A program made the translations under genes and the position numbers. Shown here piece after piece: positions 15,610-29,797 of a stretch of 64,000 bases of DNA. The notes below the pieces were generated by a model that searched no databases, was not told the DNA's origin, and was given only the letters and a program-made list of their open reading frames with translations. Each line of letters begins with the position of its first letter. The stretch's first letter is position 1. The stretch spans positions 298,957 through 362,956 of the forward strand of contig NW_018406654.1 in NCBI RefSeq assembly GCF_002113885.1, read 5' to 3'. The stretch comes from Mizuhopecten yessoensis (lineage: Eukaryota).

Positions 15610-15922
15610 GGTGGGGAAGGTAATGGGTTTTATCCTCAGAGCGAGGCATTCCAAAGTCCTTCAACTTGTAGTTGTTATCCCCTGCTCGACATCCAGCATT
15701 TAGGGTGACAGGACGGAGTGCTGTGCTTGGTGCCTTCGGCATGGTATTTCAGTAAGATAGCACCATAAAGTCGTCATCAGATTCGCGTTATCACAAAGAT
15801 GCAAATACACCAACATACCCTGTCTCCTGCACGCATACACACATGTACAAATACATAACACATTGAGACACGACCTAACTGACCTTAGCTGTTAATGCGA
15901 CTTTAAACCCTATAACAACCAA
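15610..15922 (+). mobile_element. Degenerate SINE-like element
   Basis: ggcatggtatttcagtaagatagcaccataaag core and gaccttagctgttaat...taaacc 3' end shared with the other SINE tails. Confidence 0.55.
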
Positions 15923-16966
15923 CGTCTAGGTTTTCGTCATATCACCGCATTAAAGACGTTTAGATAAATTTGGATTATGATATTTTGATAGAATATACAA
16001 AATATGTGAAATGATAATAATAAAGTATTGCATCTAAATAAGATGTTCAAAATTTGCAACTTATTGAATTTTGGCTTCACCCGCGGATTAAAATGCAGTA
16101 TATAAAAAATGATCATCCAGATTGGTCAATATAAAAACGATACCGGAACGTATATCATTACATGTTTAAACAAAACATTTCGTACATTTAAGATATCAAA
16201 TTTGAATTTTCTTATTTCTAGCTGATAAACCGTATAAATTTAGACAAACAAATAATAGATAAACTGGTGAACTATACAATACTTGAATAATATAAAGGTG
16301 TTGTGGAGTGTAACAACAAATGCAAATAGTATTATAACATACTCATGATGTATACATATATGAATACTTTCAGGGTAAAAAAACACACAGCATGTCTCAC
16401 TCCATGTCATAAAGATCTAGAGCAAACCAAAAAATAATAGATCGGAAAATTATACAAAGGAAGAAAGAATGACAAAAACAAACACATTCAGAATATCTTT
16501 TACTGTTGACGTTTTTTTCGGAACCTTTGAACAAATCCTCTCATGAGAATATTGAAAGAGAAATATGCAATAATGGCTTAAAAACTATGACCTATATACT
16601 GTAAGGATGTGAAAAAAATATAAAATTAGTATGACAGTTCTTATTAAGCATTTTGCATTTTCTGCACCATTCATCTTGCTGTATTTTAAGTATGCAAATT
16701 ATGTTATACATAAATATAAATATTGCCAAAAATTAAAAAAAATATGTATATCTATATATATAAAATAAATCATAAATAAATATGTAATATTTCAGCTGCA
16801 AGAACACGGACGGTTACTTGTTTAGCTGAATTGTCTAAGTTGATGCCCATAGTATCACAGACGATTAAAACAGCTGTGTGTTGTACTGAAAATCAATTTT
16901 GTACTATAGTATGGTCACTTATGGGAGATGGGGGACTGGAAAGTCGTAAAAACGCAACAGAAATAC

Positions 16967-17260
16967 GTAATAACGAGGAAAAACACGTTATAACGAGTGA
17001 AAACACGTTATAATGAGGGAAAACGCATTATAACGAGGAAAAACACGTAATAACGAGGAAAAACACGTTATAACGAGGAAACCACACACTGCAACGAGGG
17101 AAACGCGTTATAACGAGGAAAAACACGTTATAACGAGGAAAACACGTTATAACGAGGGAAAACGCGTTATAACGTGGAAAAAAACCCACATTATAACGAG
17201 GAAAAACACTTTATTACCGAGGGAAAATACGTTATAACGAGGGAAAACACGTTATAACGC
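16967..17260. repeat. Minisatellite, 20-21-bp unit taacgaggaaaaacacgtta, about 14 copies
   Basis: Directly visible tandem array. Confidence 0.95.
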
Positions 17261-18839
17261 GAACAAACAAACATGTAATTACTAAAACATAACAAATTAC
17301 TTCATAACGCGAAAGCAATTCTTACCAGGTGGACTCAATGTAACCTGTTTCATTTGCCGATGAATTTGACCAGAAACGATTGATCAGCAACATATTATCA
17401 GCTCACGGTTGCTAGCGGTAGTGACAAGTCATGTACTGCCCTAGAAATTCTCCCTCCAGCTGCCCAATATGTATCTTATATCAGTATCAACCCCCCGGTA
17501 CAAATCGAAAACAACGAAGAAACATATGGTCCCGTCTTACATGAAATGCAGTCGAACAGCCAACTACCGTATCGAATGTTTTCGTCCTATCAAACCACGT
17601 CTGGTTTCCTGACTAACTCGCCATTCAATTACTTCAGCTTCAGATTCCAGAAAATGTAGAGCCTTGAAATTTAGCGGCTCTTCACTTCGAGCTAGTATAC
17701 ATACAGCTGCCGTAGTCTCGCAGCTGAGCCTGCGCACCGCGTCTAGACAGTATTCTTCCGCGATGACGCGTCAGACAATTTGATATCTTATTAATGCATA
17801 CAATATGGCATTTGAAATATGGTTTTGTTTCTACATAATTTAGCTGTATTGAACTGTCAACGTACGTGCATCATCATTTTGATGCTCCTTTATTGACGGA
17901 CTATATTTGTTTTACATTACGTCAATACGTAGAGACTTGCAAAAGCTCCAGAACCTCCAGAAAAATACACGTTGATTGAAATTTAGGGATTAAATCTTGA
18001 TTTGGTCGATTTCATGGGGTGTTGAATTGAGCTGGTATTGTCACAAATTCAACAAGACTGACTCTGATTCATCACCCAATGATTTAAGCAAAATTCTAGC
18101 CTTATATAACTAGAAAGGAAAAAAACCGCGTTTGTTTGCGTAATAATATTTGCATTGTGTTATTACGATTTTCTTGTATTTGTATTTCTTAAAAGTTACC
18201 CTAATAGTGTTTTTTTTGTAGTTTTGGAATACTTCATCTATTACCTAATATAACTGTGTGTGTGTTATGATCATCTGTCAGATTTACATGTAAACTGTAT
18301 CTGAAATAGATAACGGAAATTGTACAACCTAGATAACACAGTGAAGTAGTACACACAAGAGATATATAAGAAACATAACCCATGCGGAACCTCAAACGAC
18401 ACGTGGTTTTATGGATTAACACGTACGATAGGTATGGTGGAACATTGGTGACATCGACCTTTACTTACGAGTTACATATGTCGCCATATTTTCAAATATT
18501 TAACGACACCGTTTAAAAAGATGTCAACGCAATCAGTATAAACATGTACGGCGCAATAAAATGATTGAATATGTAAACATACTATCATATTTCTCGCGAT
18601 ATTTTGTCACAATAGTTGTCACTGATATTTTTTTGATTTTTTAATTAATTTGTCAAATTATCATGTTTGTGCTTATTGTGACATTTTCCGCTTATTTACA
18701 CAAAGCAGAAGATGAATATATAGCATTTTTGTCCTTATAAATTATCCTGTGCTGTACCTTTAACGTTTGTCTGCATTAAGCCTCGTTTTCGTTTTTTTAT
18801 TCCACCAATAATAACTAAGCATAAGCTATATATTTATTT

Positions 18840-19060
18840 TTATTTTATAACAATCGTGTAACAAGTTATGTCAATTTATATTAATAACTCTTGTTAGTCG
18901 GGATGTTAGCGCGCGATGTGTTAATGTGGCAGGAAACCGGAGTACACGTAACCGGCGATAGACCACGTGGATTTGGAGGTGACCTCAAACCGTTTCACGT
19001 CCGATCGGGGAATCAAACCCCGGCCGTCCGGGTAAAAGTGCGCTATACACTGCGCTACAC
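18840..19060 (-). mobile_element. SINE, same family as 24985, reverse orientation
   Basis: ttgttagtcgggatgttagcgc...ggaaaccggagtac...gggaatcaaacccc is the reverse complement of the 24985 layout. Confidence 0.72.
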
Positions 19061-21342
19061 GACCGACGAACTAAATCGATGCTACACCCGAGCACCCAAC
19101 AGTCGTTATAGTTCAAAAATATTGTGTTAAACTTGTCCCGGAAAAAGCGATCTTATGTCGACACAATAAATAAATCACATCGAGATAATCTGAGAATTTT
19201 TTCCATGACACACAAAAATCGTAAAGTAAGTTGCAAGTCGATTGCAGAAATACGCCGCCGTAGTTTAGATCAATATATCAAACGACACGTTTTCATTGCA
19301 AAATACCGATAGATGTCATACCAATCATCCAAAATCGATCACTTACAAGGACTGCCTGCGGACATTCTGATCGCCCAGGGCCAATCGTAACGGCTTCTGT
19401 TGTTCGCTTGACCACGCTACAAACGCTATGAGGCACACATATTCGTGAGCTGTCATTAGCTGTCTAGGAAGTGTACAATGATATGTCACACTGAAGGTAA
19501 CGAGTCACAGCGCTCTGCAATGTTTCTTTAACGAAAAAGAGTTCCAATGCTTTTATTTGTAATCAAACTTTTGTTCAAAGTGCTTTGGAGTATCCAGCAT
19601 GTTATAGCAAAGAATTACAGATTACAAACCGCGAAAACAGTTTGTAATAAAGTGTGTATCATCTTACATTCATAAACAAGTGGGGTAAACAAGAACAATC
19701 CGCTTTCAGGCCTGATGATCATAGAATAGAGACAATCGGTCAGTGACAAATGTTAAGAAACACAAGTTCTGCGTGAAGAAAACCTTTAAACTTTGTCGTC
19801 ACTATTTTCAGAACATGCAATTTGTCATTGGCTTCGGCGCTCGCACATTTTCTTAAAAAATGGTAATTAGTTGTGTTCTTTTGTTTTTGTTTGCTTGCCT
19901 GTGTGTGGTTTCTTTGTTTTTCTATTTTGTGGTGTTTTTTATGTTTTCTTGTTTTTATTGTATAATATTATAGCATTTTATTTATTTTTACAGACTATTG
20001 TCTTGCACGGAAAGCTCTTGTTTGGATACAAATGCCTGCACCTGACGTCACCTGGCGCAATATACATTCTCAACTTATCGAAAATTTCCATACTGACAAC
20101 TCGTGATAATGCATTGAGCATGCTGGTGCACACAAAGCAAACACGCATATACTAATAATACTTCTAAGAGACATGACTAGAAATATCTCAAAATAAAGTA
20201 ACGTCCTTAATAAACACGGCAACCGATACATGACGCAAACTTTATGGGGAAATAACTTTTTGGGGTTCGCATACAGTCTAGATCCTTGTAAATGTGACAG
20301 ACACTTTCTGTGCATATGTTCTTTAATTCCTAAACGTTCTCCCAGTTTTTTAGCGCCCGTGTGTGATGTTGAACGTGGGTTCGATTTCAGGTGCTTTGCA
20401 CAACACGCTCGTTATTTCATTTTAACACCACGTATGCCAATGTGCATCCTATTGTATTTGACTATTATTGTATACACGCATCATTGTAAATTTGTAATAT
20501 ATTGTACTATTTGTATGCCATTGTGCTGTGTGTCTTCTCTCCGATGTGTCTTACACAAGGAATACAAAAATCTGGATCGGAATAAATAAAGAAATATAAC
20601 CATACTTCTGAAACATACATTGTGCAAGTTCAAGTTTGGTTTTGCCTTGATCAATCAGCTCAGGTATGGCACTATAAGCTGTTTACAGTGATATGCATAC
20701 TTATTTTTTTTTACAATAGAAAAGCACCATTGAAGGCCAAAACCAGCACCTGGGGAATTGTATTGTATGCAACAGTGCTCACATGCTATCCACCTCGTGT
20801 TTACATGCATATTTTAGATATATATACGGCCGTTGGTTATGAAATTTATATAACATATATATAAATTACCGGAAATAAACTCAATTTTAACAAAGTGCAG
20901 GGCAGATCTAGACCATTCTGGTTGAAAGCTTCAATGTGATAAAGTATACAGTTCAAGTTCAAGTTCCAAAAGAGATTTGACAATGTATGAACACTGCGTT
21001 GTTTAAGCTGTGGGCTCCGAAACTGATACCACAGTGAATATCATAAGTGATGAAGCTCTAAGCGAACACAAACAACGACACTTTATGTATAAAACGATCT
21101 CTTGATCCTTCGGGCAAGTGGGCTAAAAATGATAGAATCGCGTTAAGAAGCCCGTTCAAAATGGCACATAGTCTTAAGCTTGTTGTCAAGCGTGACGTTA
21201 TAAGCGTTAAATATAAAGCTATTTATTCCCGAACTTTTTGATGACGCGATATTGTCCTCGTGTTACTTTGGAATATGTAATAAAAAAGAAAAAGAACAAG
21301 ATTTTCATGTTAAATACCAAATACAGATGTGAACATCTCTGG

Positions 21343-21442
21343 TATTCCGTCTTTGCGTATTTCACCCATGACATATACATGACGTAACAACCAATACCTG
21401 CTCTCAAGAGAAGATAACTCTGCAATACGCAAAGACGGAATA
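21343..21442. mobile_element. Internally deleted copy of the same MITE
   Basis: tattccgtctttgcgtatt ... gagaagataactctgcaatacgcaaagacggaata. Confidence 0.8.
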
Positions 21443-21744
21443 GCAGAATGTAACGTTATTTTCACCTATGACATATACACGGTATTCAACAGATATATTT
21501 ATATCTGATTAGTTACAACGTTAATAAGAAAAAGAAAGATCCGCCTCATAAAGCGTTGTTTCGCCTCCTCCTGACAATTCATTCTGTATCGTTATTGACA
21601 GCTTTTGAGTCTTGAATCAAATTCATTATCTTACTATTAATTTCCTTTACGAATCAAATCGTTTACGTACGCGTTTTTCCGTTCGTGTTTCCTGTAGACG
21701 TCAAAGTGTCGATGCAGACCCGGATTAGCAGGTTTTGCAAGTGT

Positions 21745-22620
21745 AGGATGCCGATGCTGACTGATATAACCGGAAGAGGGTGATGTGACCGGATGCTGGC
21801 TAATATAACCGAAAGAGGGTGATGCCACCGGGTGCTGGCTAATATAACCGGAAGAGGGCGATGTCACCGGATGCTTGCTGGTATAACCAGAAGAGGGTGA
21901 TGTCACCGGATGCTGACTGATATAACCGGAAGAGGGTGATGTCAACGGATGCTGGCTAATATAACCGAAAGAGGGTGATGTCAACGGATGTTGGCTGGTA
22001 TAACCGGAAGAGGGTGATGTCACCGGATGCTGGCTAATATAACCGGAAGAGTGTGATGTCACCGGATGCTGGCTGGTGTAACCGGAAGAGGGCGATATCA
22101 CCGGATGCGGGCTGATAAAACAGGTAGAGTGCGATATCACCGAATGCTTTCTGGTATAACTAGAAGAGGGTGATGTCACCGGATGCTGGCTGGTATAACC
22201 AGAAGAGTGAGATGTCACCGGATGCTGGCTGGTATAACCGGAAGAGGGCGATATCACCGGATGCTGGCTAATATAATCGGAAGAGGGTGATGTCACCGGA
22301 TGCTGGCTGGTATAACTAGAAGAGGGTGATGTCACCGGATGCTGGCTGGTATAACCGGAAGAGGGCGATATCACCGGATGCGGGCTGATAAAACAGAAAG
22401 AGTGCGATATCACCGAATGCTGGCTGGTATAACTAGAAGAGGGTGATGTCACCGGATGCTGGCTAATATAACCGGAAGGGGGTGATGACACCGGATGCTT
22501 GCTGGTATAACTAGAAGAGGGTGATGTCACCGGATGCTTGCTGGTATAACTAGAAGAGGGTGATGACACCGGATGCTGGCTGGTATAACAGGAAGAATGC
22601 GATATCACCGGATGCGGGCT
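21745..22620. repeat. Minisatellite, 39-bp unit gatgtcaccggatgctggctggtataaccggaagagggt, about 22 copies; accounts for the 323-aa minus-strand ORF
   Basis: Tandem array without visible indels; the minus frame reads (SQHPVTSPSSGYT)n. Confidence 0.97.
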
Positions 22621-24199
22621 GAAGCCAATAGTTTATCTTTTATTCAATTTGATTTATATCATAAAAAATCCCTAATTTGACAGCAATATTTCGAATACAA
22701 AGTTACCTCCCTTAGATGTCCTTTTCGAGAGACTGCTTTAGGGTACTTACCTTGTTTAAGAAGATGAATTGTGGTTGGAGCAAAAGTTAAACTAGATGAG
22801 GTCAAGGGTTCAATCTCCTGCCTAGCAAAGTGTAATTTGTTACATTAAAACACTGTTTTTGATTATTTGTGTTCTTTTATCCTCCTTTTTGGTTTTAAAT
22901 AGTTCCACAAGTAAGATTTCGTTTAAGAAATGATTGATATAAAACCTATTGTCATGCCAGACACACAGGTTTCCAATGCATAATTACAGGGATTTGGCAA
23001 TGCCATAGGGATTCTTAAGCAAATACATGATGAATATGTACATACTTATATACGTTAATGTCTCTTCTACAAAGCTTACCACATAATTATACATAACAAC
23101 GTGCTAACATAGCAATGATCTAATGTCATCACGCATGCCTACGCTTAACGTTACAACATCATAATGTCACGGAGGTTGCAGTTTGTCGTTCATTATTGCG
23201 CAACGCCTTGCAATTTATTTTAATAGATTACAGTGAGAATCAACCGTGTTCATTTTGAAATAGAGATGAATGTTATTGCACTTGAAATTGATTTAAAACC
23301 TTATCACATATCGCTAGATTTCTCACCTTGATAAAACAATACTAATGAATTCGGCATTCCTTTTGGAGAACAGATAAATGAAAAGGCGGGAAGAATGCCT
23401 CCACAAAATATTAAGCAGTGCACTCTCTAACGGAAATAATTATTAATATTCATAAAAATGAAATTCATCTTTTTAACTTTTACAATGGTATGAAATACAG
23501 TTATGTTCAAACATTTCAATGCTACGCAATATTGTTCATTGGAAATTATGTCTGAATGGAACTATCCTTACTTTATCATTCGCGGGAAAAAACCCCAAAA
23601 ACATTTTGTTTAAAAATCACGTTCTTTATTATTTTATGCGGTTGAAACTGTTTGTTAATACAAACTGTTAATCAATTGATTGAACAGCCACTTTGGCGGG
23701 AACAAGATCGTGGTTATTATGGTTACCAGTTTCCTCCAGTGGCGAACGAAAATCGGAAAACCATTCGGGAATTTCCGTCATACTTTGAATTAGACAACAC
23801 GCCACGATTGGTCCACGAATATTCAAATTATCAAAGGGAAGACCCGAACAGTTCACGATTGATAATTAGTATTGGCATGTAATAGCTCTTGCTGTTATCA
23901 CCTTACGACTATGGATAGCGAAGGTAAATAAAAGGGTTCTCTCTAACAATTTTATTTTATTTTGATATAGCATTTTCCGAGCAGAGTCATAATGGCGTAA
24001 TACTTAAATTAACATTAAAGTAGGCGTACAAAAAGCTATACTATTTGTGTTGCAAGACTTTTTTCACATATAATGAAGTTTTATAGAGATTTTCAACACT
24101 TATTTTTCTCATGTCTACTATTCAAAATCATATATTCCACTTTCTCAGCCTCATCAACTGGCACCATCTTGACATGTAAAGGGTCCCGTATCGGAGATG

Positions 24200-24612
24200 T
24201 GGGTGTTCTAAATTAACCCCGGTGACCATCTGTCCGTCCGTCTGTCCGTCAATACTTTCATTTCCGGAGATTATCTCGGAAACCGAAATATCAATCTGGC
24301 TAAAAATATGACATGTTGATATGTATACAGTGATTTGTAAATGTGCAACAGGGTTTGAAAACAGTTTTGAAAAATGTCAAGGTTAAGTTCACTGTAACTA
24401 ATATAACATATACCCTAGGATTATGGTCGGAATTCAAAACTGTAATCTCTTGAAATGTTTCACATAGAGATACGTTGCGATATATAAATGCGTAATAGGG
24501 GTGTATTCATGTTGTAAGGTCAAGGTAAAGGTTAGTGTTACTTAATATAGACTTGGAAGGGTGGGTGTTCGGTAAGGCGCATGAAAAGATCCTTGCTGAC
24601 AAGTGTTCTAGT
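24200..24612. mobile_element. Degenerate interspersed repeat with (GTCY)n microsatellite and aaggtcaagg motifs (HINE/pearl-like; related fragment at 60590-60790)
   Basis: ctgtccgtccgtctgtccgtc at ~24230; aaggtcaaggt motifs recur; family assignment is inference. Confidence 0.45.
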
Positions 24613-24984
24613 CTATATACTTTCACGTGAAGAAAACATATATTGCATACCGTGAACCTGCAGCATTATTGTTCTAGAATAAAAAAAGAAAAAGACGTCA
24701 AAATTGAGACTTATGCGTGTACAATATAAGTACGTTCATTTAATATCGGCCATACACTAACTAAGTTAACATCTGCGGAGATAATACGCGTAAAACATAA
24801 GCTATATATAATTCTGTTATAACTTGAATATTGGGCTATGTGCAGCGTACCCCTGTAGCTCTATATGACGTAGTTATGATAATAATGTGGTGTTCGATAC
24901 CTGAAACAGAAGAAGTAACAAAGGAACGCCGAAGTTATGTTCCTTTATTAATTGTTCATTTTTGTTAATTAAAAAAAGGAGAGG

Positions 24985-25215
24985 TGATAGTTTGCGCAGT
25001 TGATAACGCACTCGTCTCACACCAAGGCGACTGGGGTTCGATTCGTCGATCAGACGTGAGCAGGTGTAGGGTCACCTGCCCGACCACGTTGGTTTCCGCC
25101 GGGTGCTCCGGCTTTCCTCGCACAATAACTCTCCTAGTGCGCTAACATCCTGACCAACAAAATCGATTTATATAATTTGTAACAACTTCTTTCATAATTG
25201 TTGTAAAACATATAT
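24985..25215 (+). mobile_element. tRNA-derived SINE with V-domain-like core
   Basis: B-box ggttcgattc, core ggtttccgccgggtgctccggctttcctcgcaca, AT-rich tail; related to 18840-19060. Confidence 0.75.
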
Positions 25216-25772
25216 AGATATATAGTTTACAAGTAATGATTCGATAATTGTGCCACTGAATATGTTCTAGGGAATACTAAAACCCATCTTAGTCAAGATA
25301 CTGTAAAAGTTTGTTTTTTCGCAGTTTGGAAATGTTTTACCTCGAAAATGTCCAAACGCGTGTATAAAGATAGATTATTTAGACTGTATGTAGAAAGAGA
25401 ATGAAGACTTAAGAACAGCTGTCAACGCAATGAAATTAAATCATTATCAGTTTTGAAAGTAACAACGCGAAAATTTCCGCACGCGAAAACATCTTTGGTT
25501 TCAGTAGAAAACGGAAAACAAGTATACACATACATGTACACATGTACGCACTACACTTAATATTTAAGGTACAGGCGCTCATACTAACAATCTGAAGCAC
25601 ATGCACTTACTATTTCTTAAACAGTGTTATCTAAATATAAAAGAAGGTTAAAAAATTAAAATTAAGAGTAAATAAATGAAATTTAATTATGCACGCAAAA
25701 AAATAACCGTTCATTCTAGTGCCTGTCCAGCTGTCACTGTGGGCTTAATAAGTGTTATTGATGTCCGCCACG

Positions 25773-25920
25773 CCAATCGCTACAGGTATATTACAGGTAA
25801 CTCACAGGTATAGCTCAAGTAAATCTCAGGTAAGCGCTGGAAGGTATATGACGGAGACCTTTGGGACAGGTATATAAGGAGGACCGTCAGACTTGAATAG
25901 GGTTCGTCGGAGCCAGTTCT
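25773..25920 (+). promoter_or_regulatory. Core promoter of the micro-exon gene: CCAAT, 5x CAGGTA, TATA box
   Basis: ccaat 25773; caggta at 25783, 25794, 25805, 25827, 25867; tatataag 25871-25878; Inr-like ccagtt near 25913; ATG 25983. Confidence 0.7.
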
Positions 25921-25982
25921 GCTTATCAACTCTTTCACGGGAATTACACGTTTGCATTGTCTTGTGTCTCGCATCAGGAAAA

Positions 25983-26016
25983 ATGCTTTCGTTGGTAGTT
26001 ACAGTGGTCCTTCTCG
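25983..26016 (+). CDS. Exon 1 coding part, signal peptide MLSLVVTVVLL(G)
   Basis: aaaATG at 25983, hydrophobic run, donor g|gtaagt at 26017, phase 1; TATA box about 110 nt upstream. Confidence 0.88.
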
Positions 26017-29000
26017 GTAAGTATACTTTACGAATTTTAATTTTAATTTATAAAAAAACGAAACGATATAATATAAGACTTGAAATATATGCGAAAAAAT
26101 ATTTGAAAATATACTGATTTTTTTAATTGATATGTTTTAGTTACCTGTATATACATTTGAAATAATAAAAACAATAGCACAATGTGGAAAAGGATATACA
26201 ATTATGATCTTAATTTGTAATTGGTTTTTAACAATAGTTGGTGTTTTACCGGACTTTTAACAGATTTGCATAACTCATTAAATCATTGCAAAATATAGTG
26301 TTAGGTATCCTGTAGCTACTATCGTGATATATTAATGGATGTTTCCTATACAAATCATGTCTTTTACTCTTATCATTGGATAAGGTATATACATGTAATT
26401 GCAAGGGGAAATCAAACATAATACATATATAAAAAGGCCACTGAACTGAAAATCAGACTAACTCTGCGCTCTTTTTTGCGAGAGTCGAACAGATAAAACA
26501 AAATGTACTAACACGTTTTCATCTCTCAACATTAACCTGCAAACATATAAAAAAAAAAAGTTTGCAACGCTATTTGAAACAAAACTATAACCTGGCCATA
26601 TGTTTAACCAAACCCCAATTGAAGTAGCCCAAAATGGAATTATGGCATTATATAGTTTAAATTGTCTAGCATTATGAGGATTCCCTTTCCAACACAGGAT
26701 ATGCTTGTAAGTTATGAAATAATATGTTTAAATAAGAAAATGTCCATATCTTCATAAGCGAAAATGATTTCTAATATGCAAATATTTGCCAAATATAGGG
26801 TTTTAATAGCTAAAGGGAGATCAATTATAAATGTATATGCATATATATAAATGAGTATGAACGGGTCAAAAAAGCAATGCATCGTCTTGCTTCGCTAGCT
26901 TCGTACTTATACTTTTACATAGACATATTGCGAATGGACACACCCACATCTATAACGAGAAGGAATGACAAAAGTATCCCTTATCTTTCTGCATTAAAAT
27001 GTATAACCAAACAATTACCTCGAGATCGCTAAATCGTGTTAATAAAAAAAGTATCTCTAAAGCAAAAAAGTAAAGTCACGTTCACACACTCTTTAAGTTA
27101 ATAACCTTCTTATCTATTTGTTGGAATGTGTCTGTCTCTTCCATCTAGCCCTTGGTAATATTCATATGTTTCTCTAACACCTGAGACCACATTATTTACA
27201 ATTTGAAAACGAGTCACTAACAACTAATTTAGCATATTGTATAAAAGAGAAGGGAGTCTCTAAAACATTGGTCAAGTATACTTTAAAACAGGGAGCGCCT
27301 TAACTAAACATAGTTTACTTAGTTTAGTTTAGAATCTCAAATTTAATCCCGTACATTTTAAAAAGGATAATTATGTTTGTTAAACCTAATGCTGTAAACT
27401 ATAAAACAGGGGAAGGCATTATCAAAAGGTACGTCTAAAAGTTGGTTAATTTTTAAGACTTAATTGAGTTACAACGGAGAAGGGAGTCTATAAAGGCTAG
27501 TTAAGTAGATTGAGTTAAAACTGAGAAGGGAGTCTCTGAAAGCGAGTGAAGTAGATTGAGTTAAAACTGAGAAGGGAGTCTCGGAAAGCGAGTGAAGTAG
27601 ATTGAGTTAAAACCGAGAAGAGAGTCTCTAAAAGCGAGTGAAGTAAATTGAGTTACAACGGAGAAGCTGGTCTCTAAACTCTGCTCAGTGCATTATATAA
27701 CAGAAATGAGTTTTTTTTCAAATTAGCCCGATGTTTTTCCCAACACACAAATAACACAACATTATACCGAAGTGTTACTGAAATCATAGTACACGGAGAA
27801 AACAATCTCCCTTAAATCTAGATATGTATAAATTACAACAGAGAAGGTTTTTTTTAAATCTTGTCCAGCATATTTGAGAATGGAAAGGGTCGAAAAATGG
27901 TCAGTATATTGTAAGCTAGTTAGGTTAGTGTGTAACGTTTATTTTGTATACTTTATTATATAGATAGGAGTCACTAAGATCTAGTCAAGTATACTTTACA
28001 ACCGAAAAGGGAGTCAATGAAAAATAAACTAGTACATACATCGACCGAAACAAAAACGTGAATCCAAAAACTCGTCTAGTACATGTTACGACGTCGAAGA
28101 GAGTCTGCTTAATCGTGTTCGGTGTTACTTAGAAAGTTGAGGGAACCTCCATATTGTTTAAAAAAATGACAGATGCAGCCATAAGGAGTCATCTTTTCAT
28201 GTGTTTATAATCTGTATACAGTGATATGTTATACAAATCTGTTAGGTATATTAGGTGTTTAATAGAACTAGAAATGTTCGTAAGTTTACATTAATTGATT
28301 AATTCGTATTTAATAAAATGTCATATTGCATTTGTTGTAGGCCTGGCCGCAAGTGGTAAGTTTTATTGTCTTACAGAATTTTATATGTATTCTTAAAGTC
28401 AAGTTTTTCAAATTTCAATTTTTAAGTGTAAAACAAGTGATTTTGCAAGATTTATATAACAATTAAATCACTCGCATTTTTGTTTTATAAATAAGATGTT
28501 TGCTTTATAAAAGTTATTATTTTGATTTTGTCATAATTGATTTGTATTACTGTATTCAAATTCAATTAAATTTTAATTCAATGCGTTTTTATATGGTCAA
28601 CAACCTATAAAACAAAAAACGCTGTGTGGTGTACCTTTTATCGATTGGAAACTTCAAGGGAAGGAATATGCAGCATTTATATCTACATGTATACCTTTCT
28701 GAAAGTGTAATCCATTTTAAAAAGGAACACTTTTAGTATTGATACAGAGCAATATGTCATACCAAACAATGTTACACAATGATACCAACACCACACAGCC
28801 TTAAACAGGTCTAAGTTTTCTGCAGTATACACAACATAGCACTACTACTAAATTGATTCTTTTCTTCCATATTGGAAAATTGTTAAAACACATATTTTTG
28901 GAACCAGAACATGCTTTGGTAAGATCTGTCCACTCAGAAACACACTCTACAATGTACCTGCGTCTGAAAACTAGGATATGTCACACATACGAACATATAT

Positions 29001-29750
29001 ATAATAGTAAACTGCGAGATAACACTAAACTAAATATGTTGACCTCGTTGCAACACCTGCGATCTGTCCTATTCTTTTCCTTCTTCTCTGCCCATTCATT
29101 TCAGTTGTGTCTTCATATGCACATTATTTCCAATGATCTGAGCTGAAGAACTCGTAATTTACAAAATTACAAACAGTTTTTAAGGTTGCAATATTAAGGA
29201 CACATTGATATAGCCATAACGGCATGCGTATATTGGGTTCTTATTGGAATAAACCACATTTGTTTATTTCTAAAGATAACATATGGCGCATTTGTTTCTG
29301 TATGTGACTTTCTTAATCCGAGATTCCCCGACAGTTTCGAATAGCGTTAGTCCAGTTTTTAATACATGCTTGCAATATCCAAATCTGTTCAAAAAGTGGT
29401 TACTTTGATCGCACCTAAAGATGACGTCATGCTATTGTTTTGAATGAGACGTCATCATCCAAACATGTCATAATGAGAAGGAGTTCTTTCAAAAAGCTTA
29501 TGATATGAGCACCCATTCCCCTTTTAATGGAAGCAATTGATTGTGTTACTTGACACAAACAAATATTTTAAATAATCAAAGCAAAACTTTTGCATGTTTG
29601 GCCCATATTTTCGGAATTTTCAATGTTAATCATTAATATTTCTTCAGTCTTTAATAAGGTCAATACAGGCATTTAGTTCAAACAAAAATAGCCAGCACAA
29701 GTGTTCCAGTCGTTCTTCACGAAACAGAGTTATGTTTTTTCTTCAAGCTT

Positions 29751-29797
<47 letters not shown>

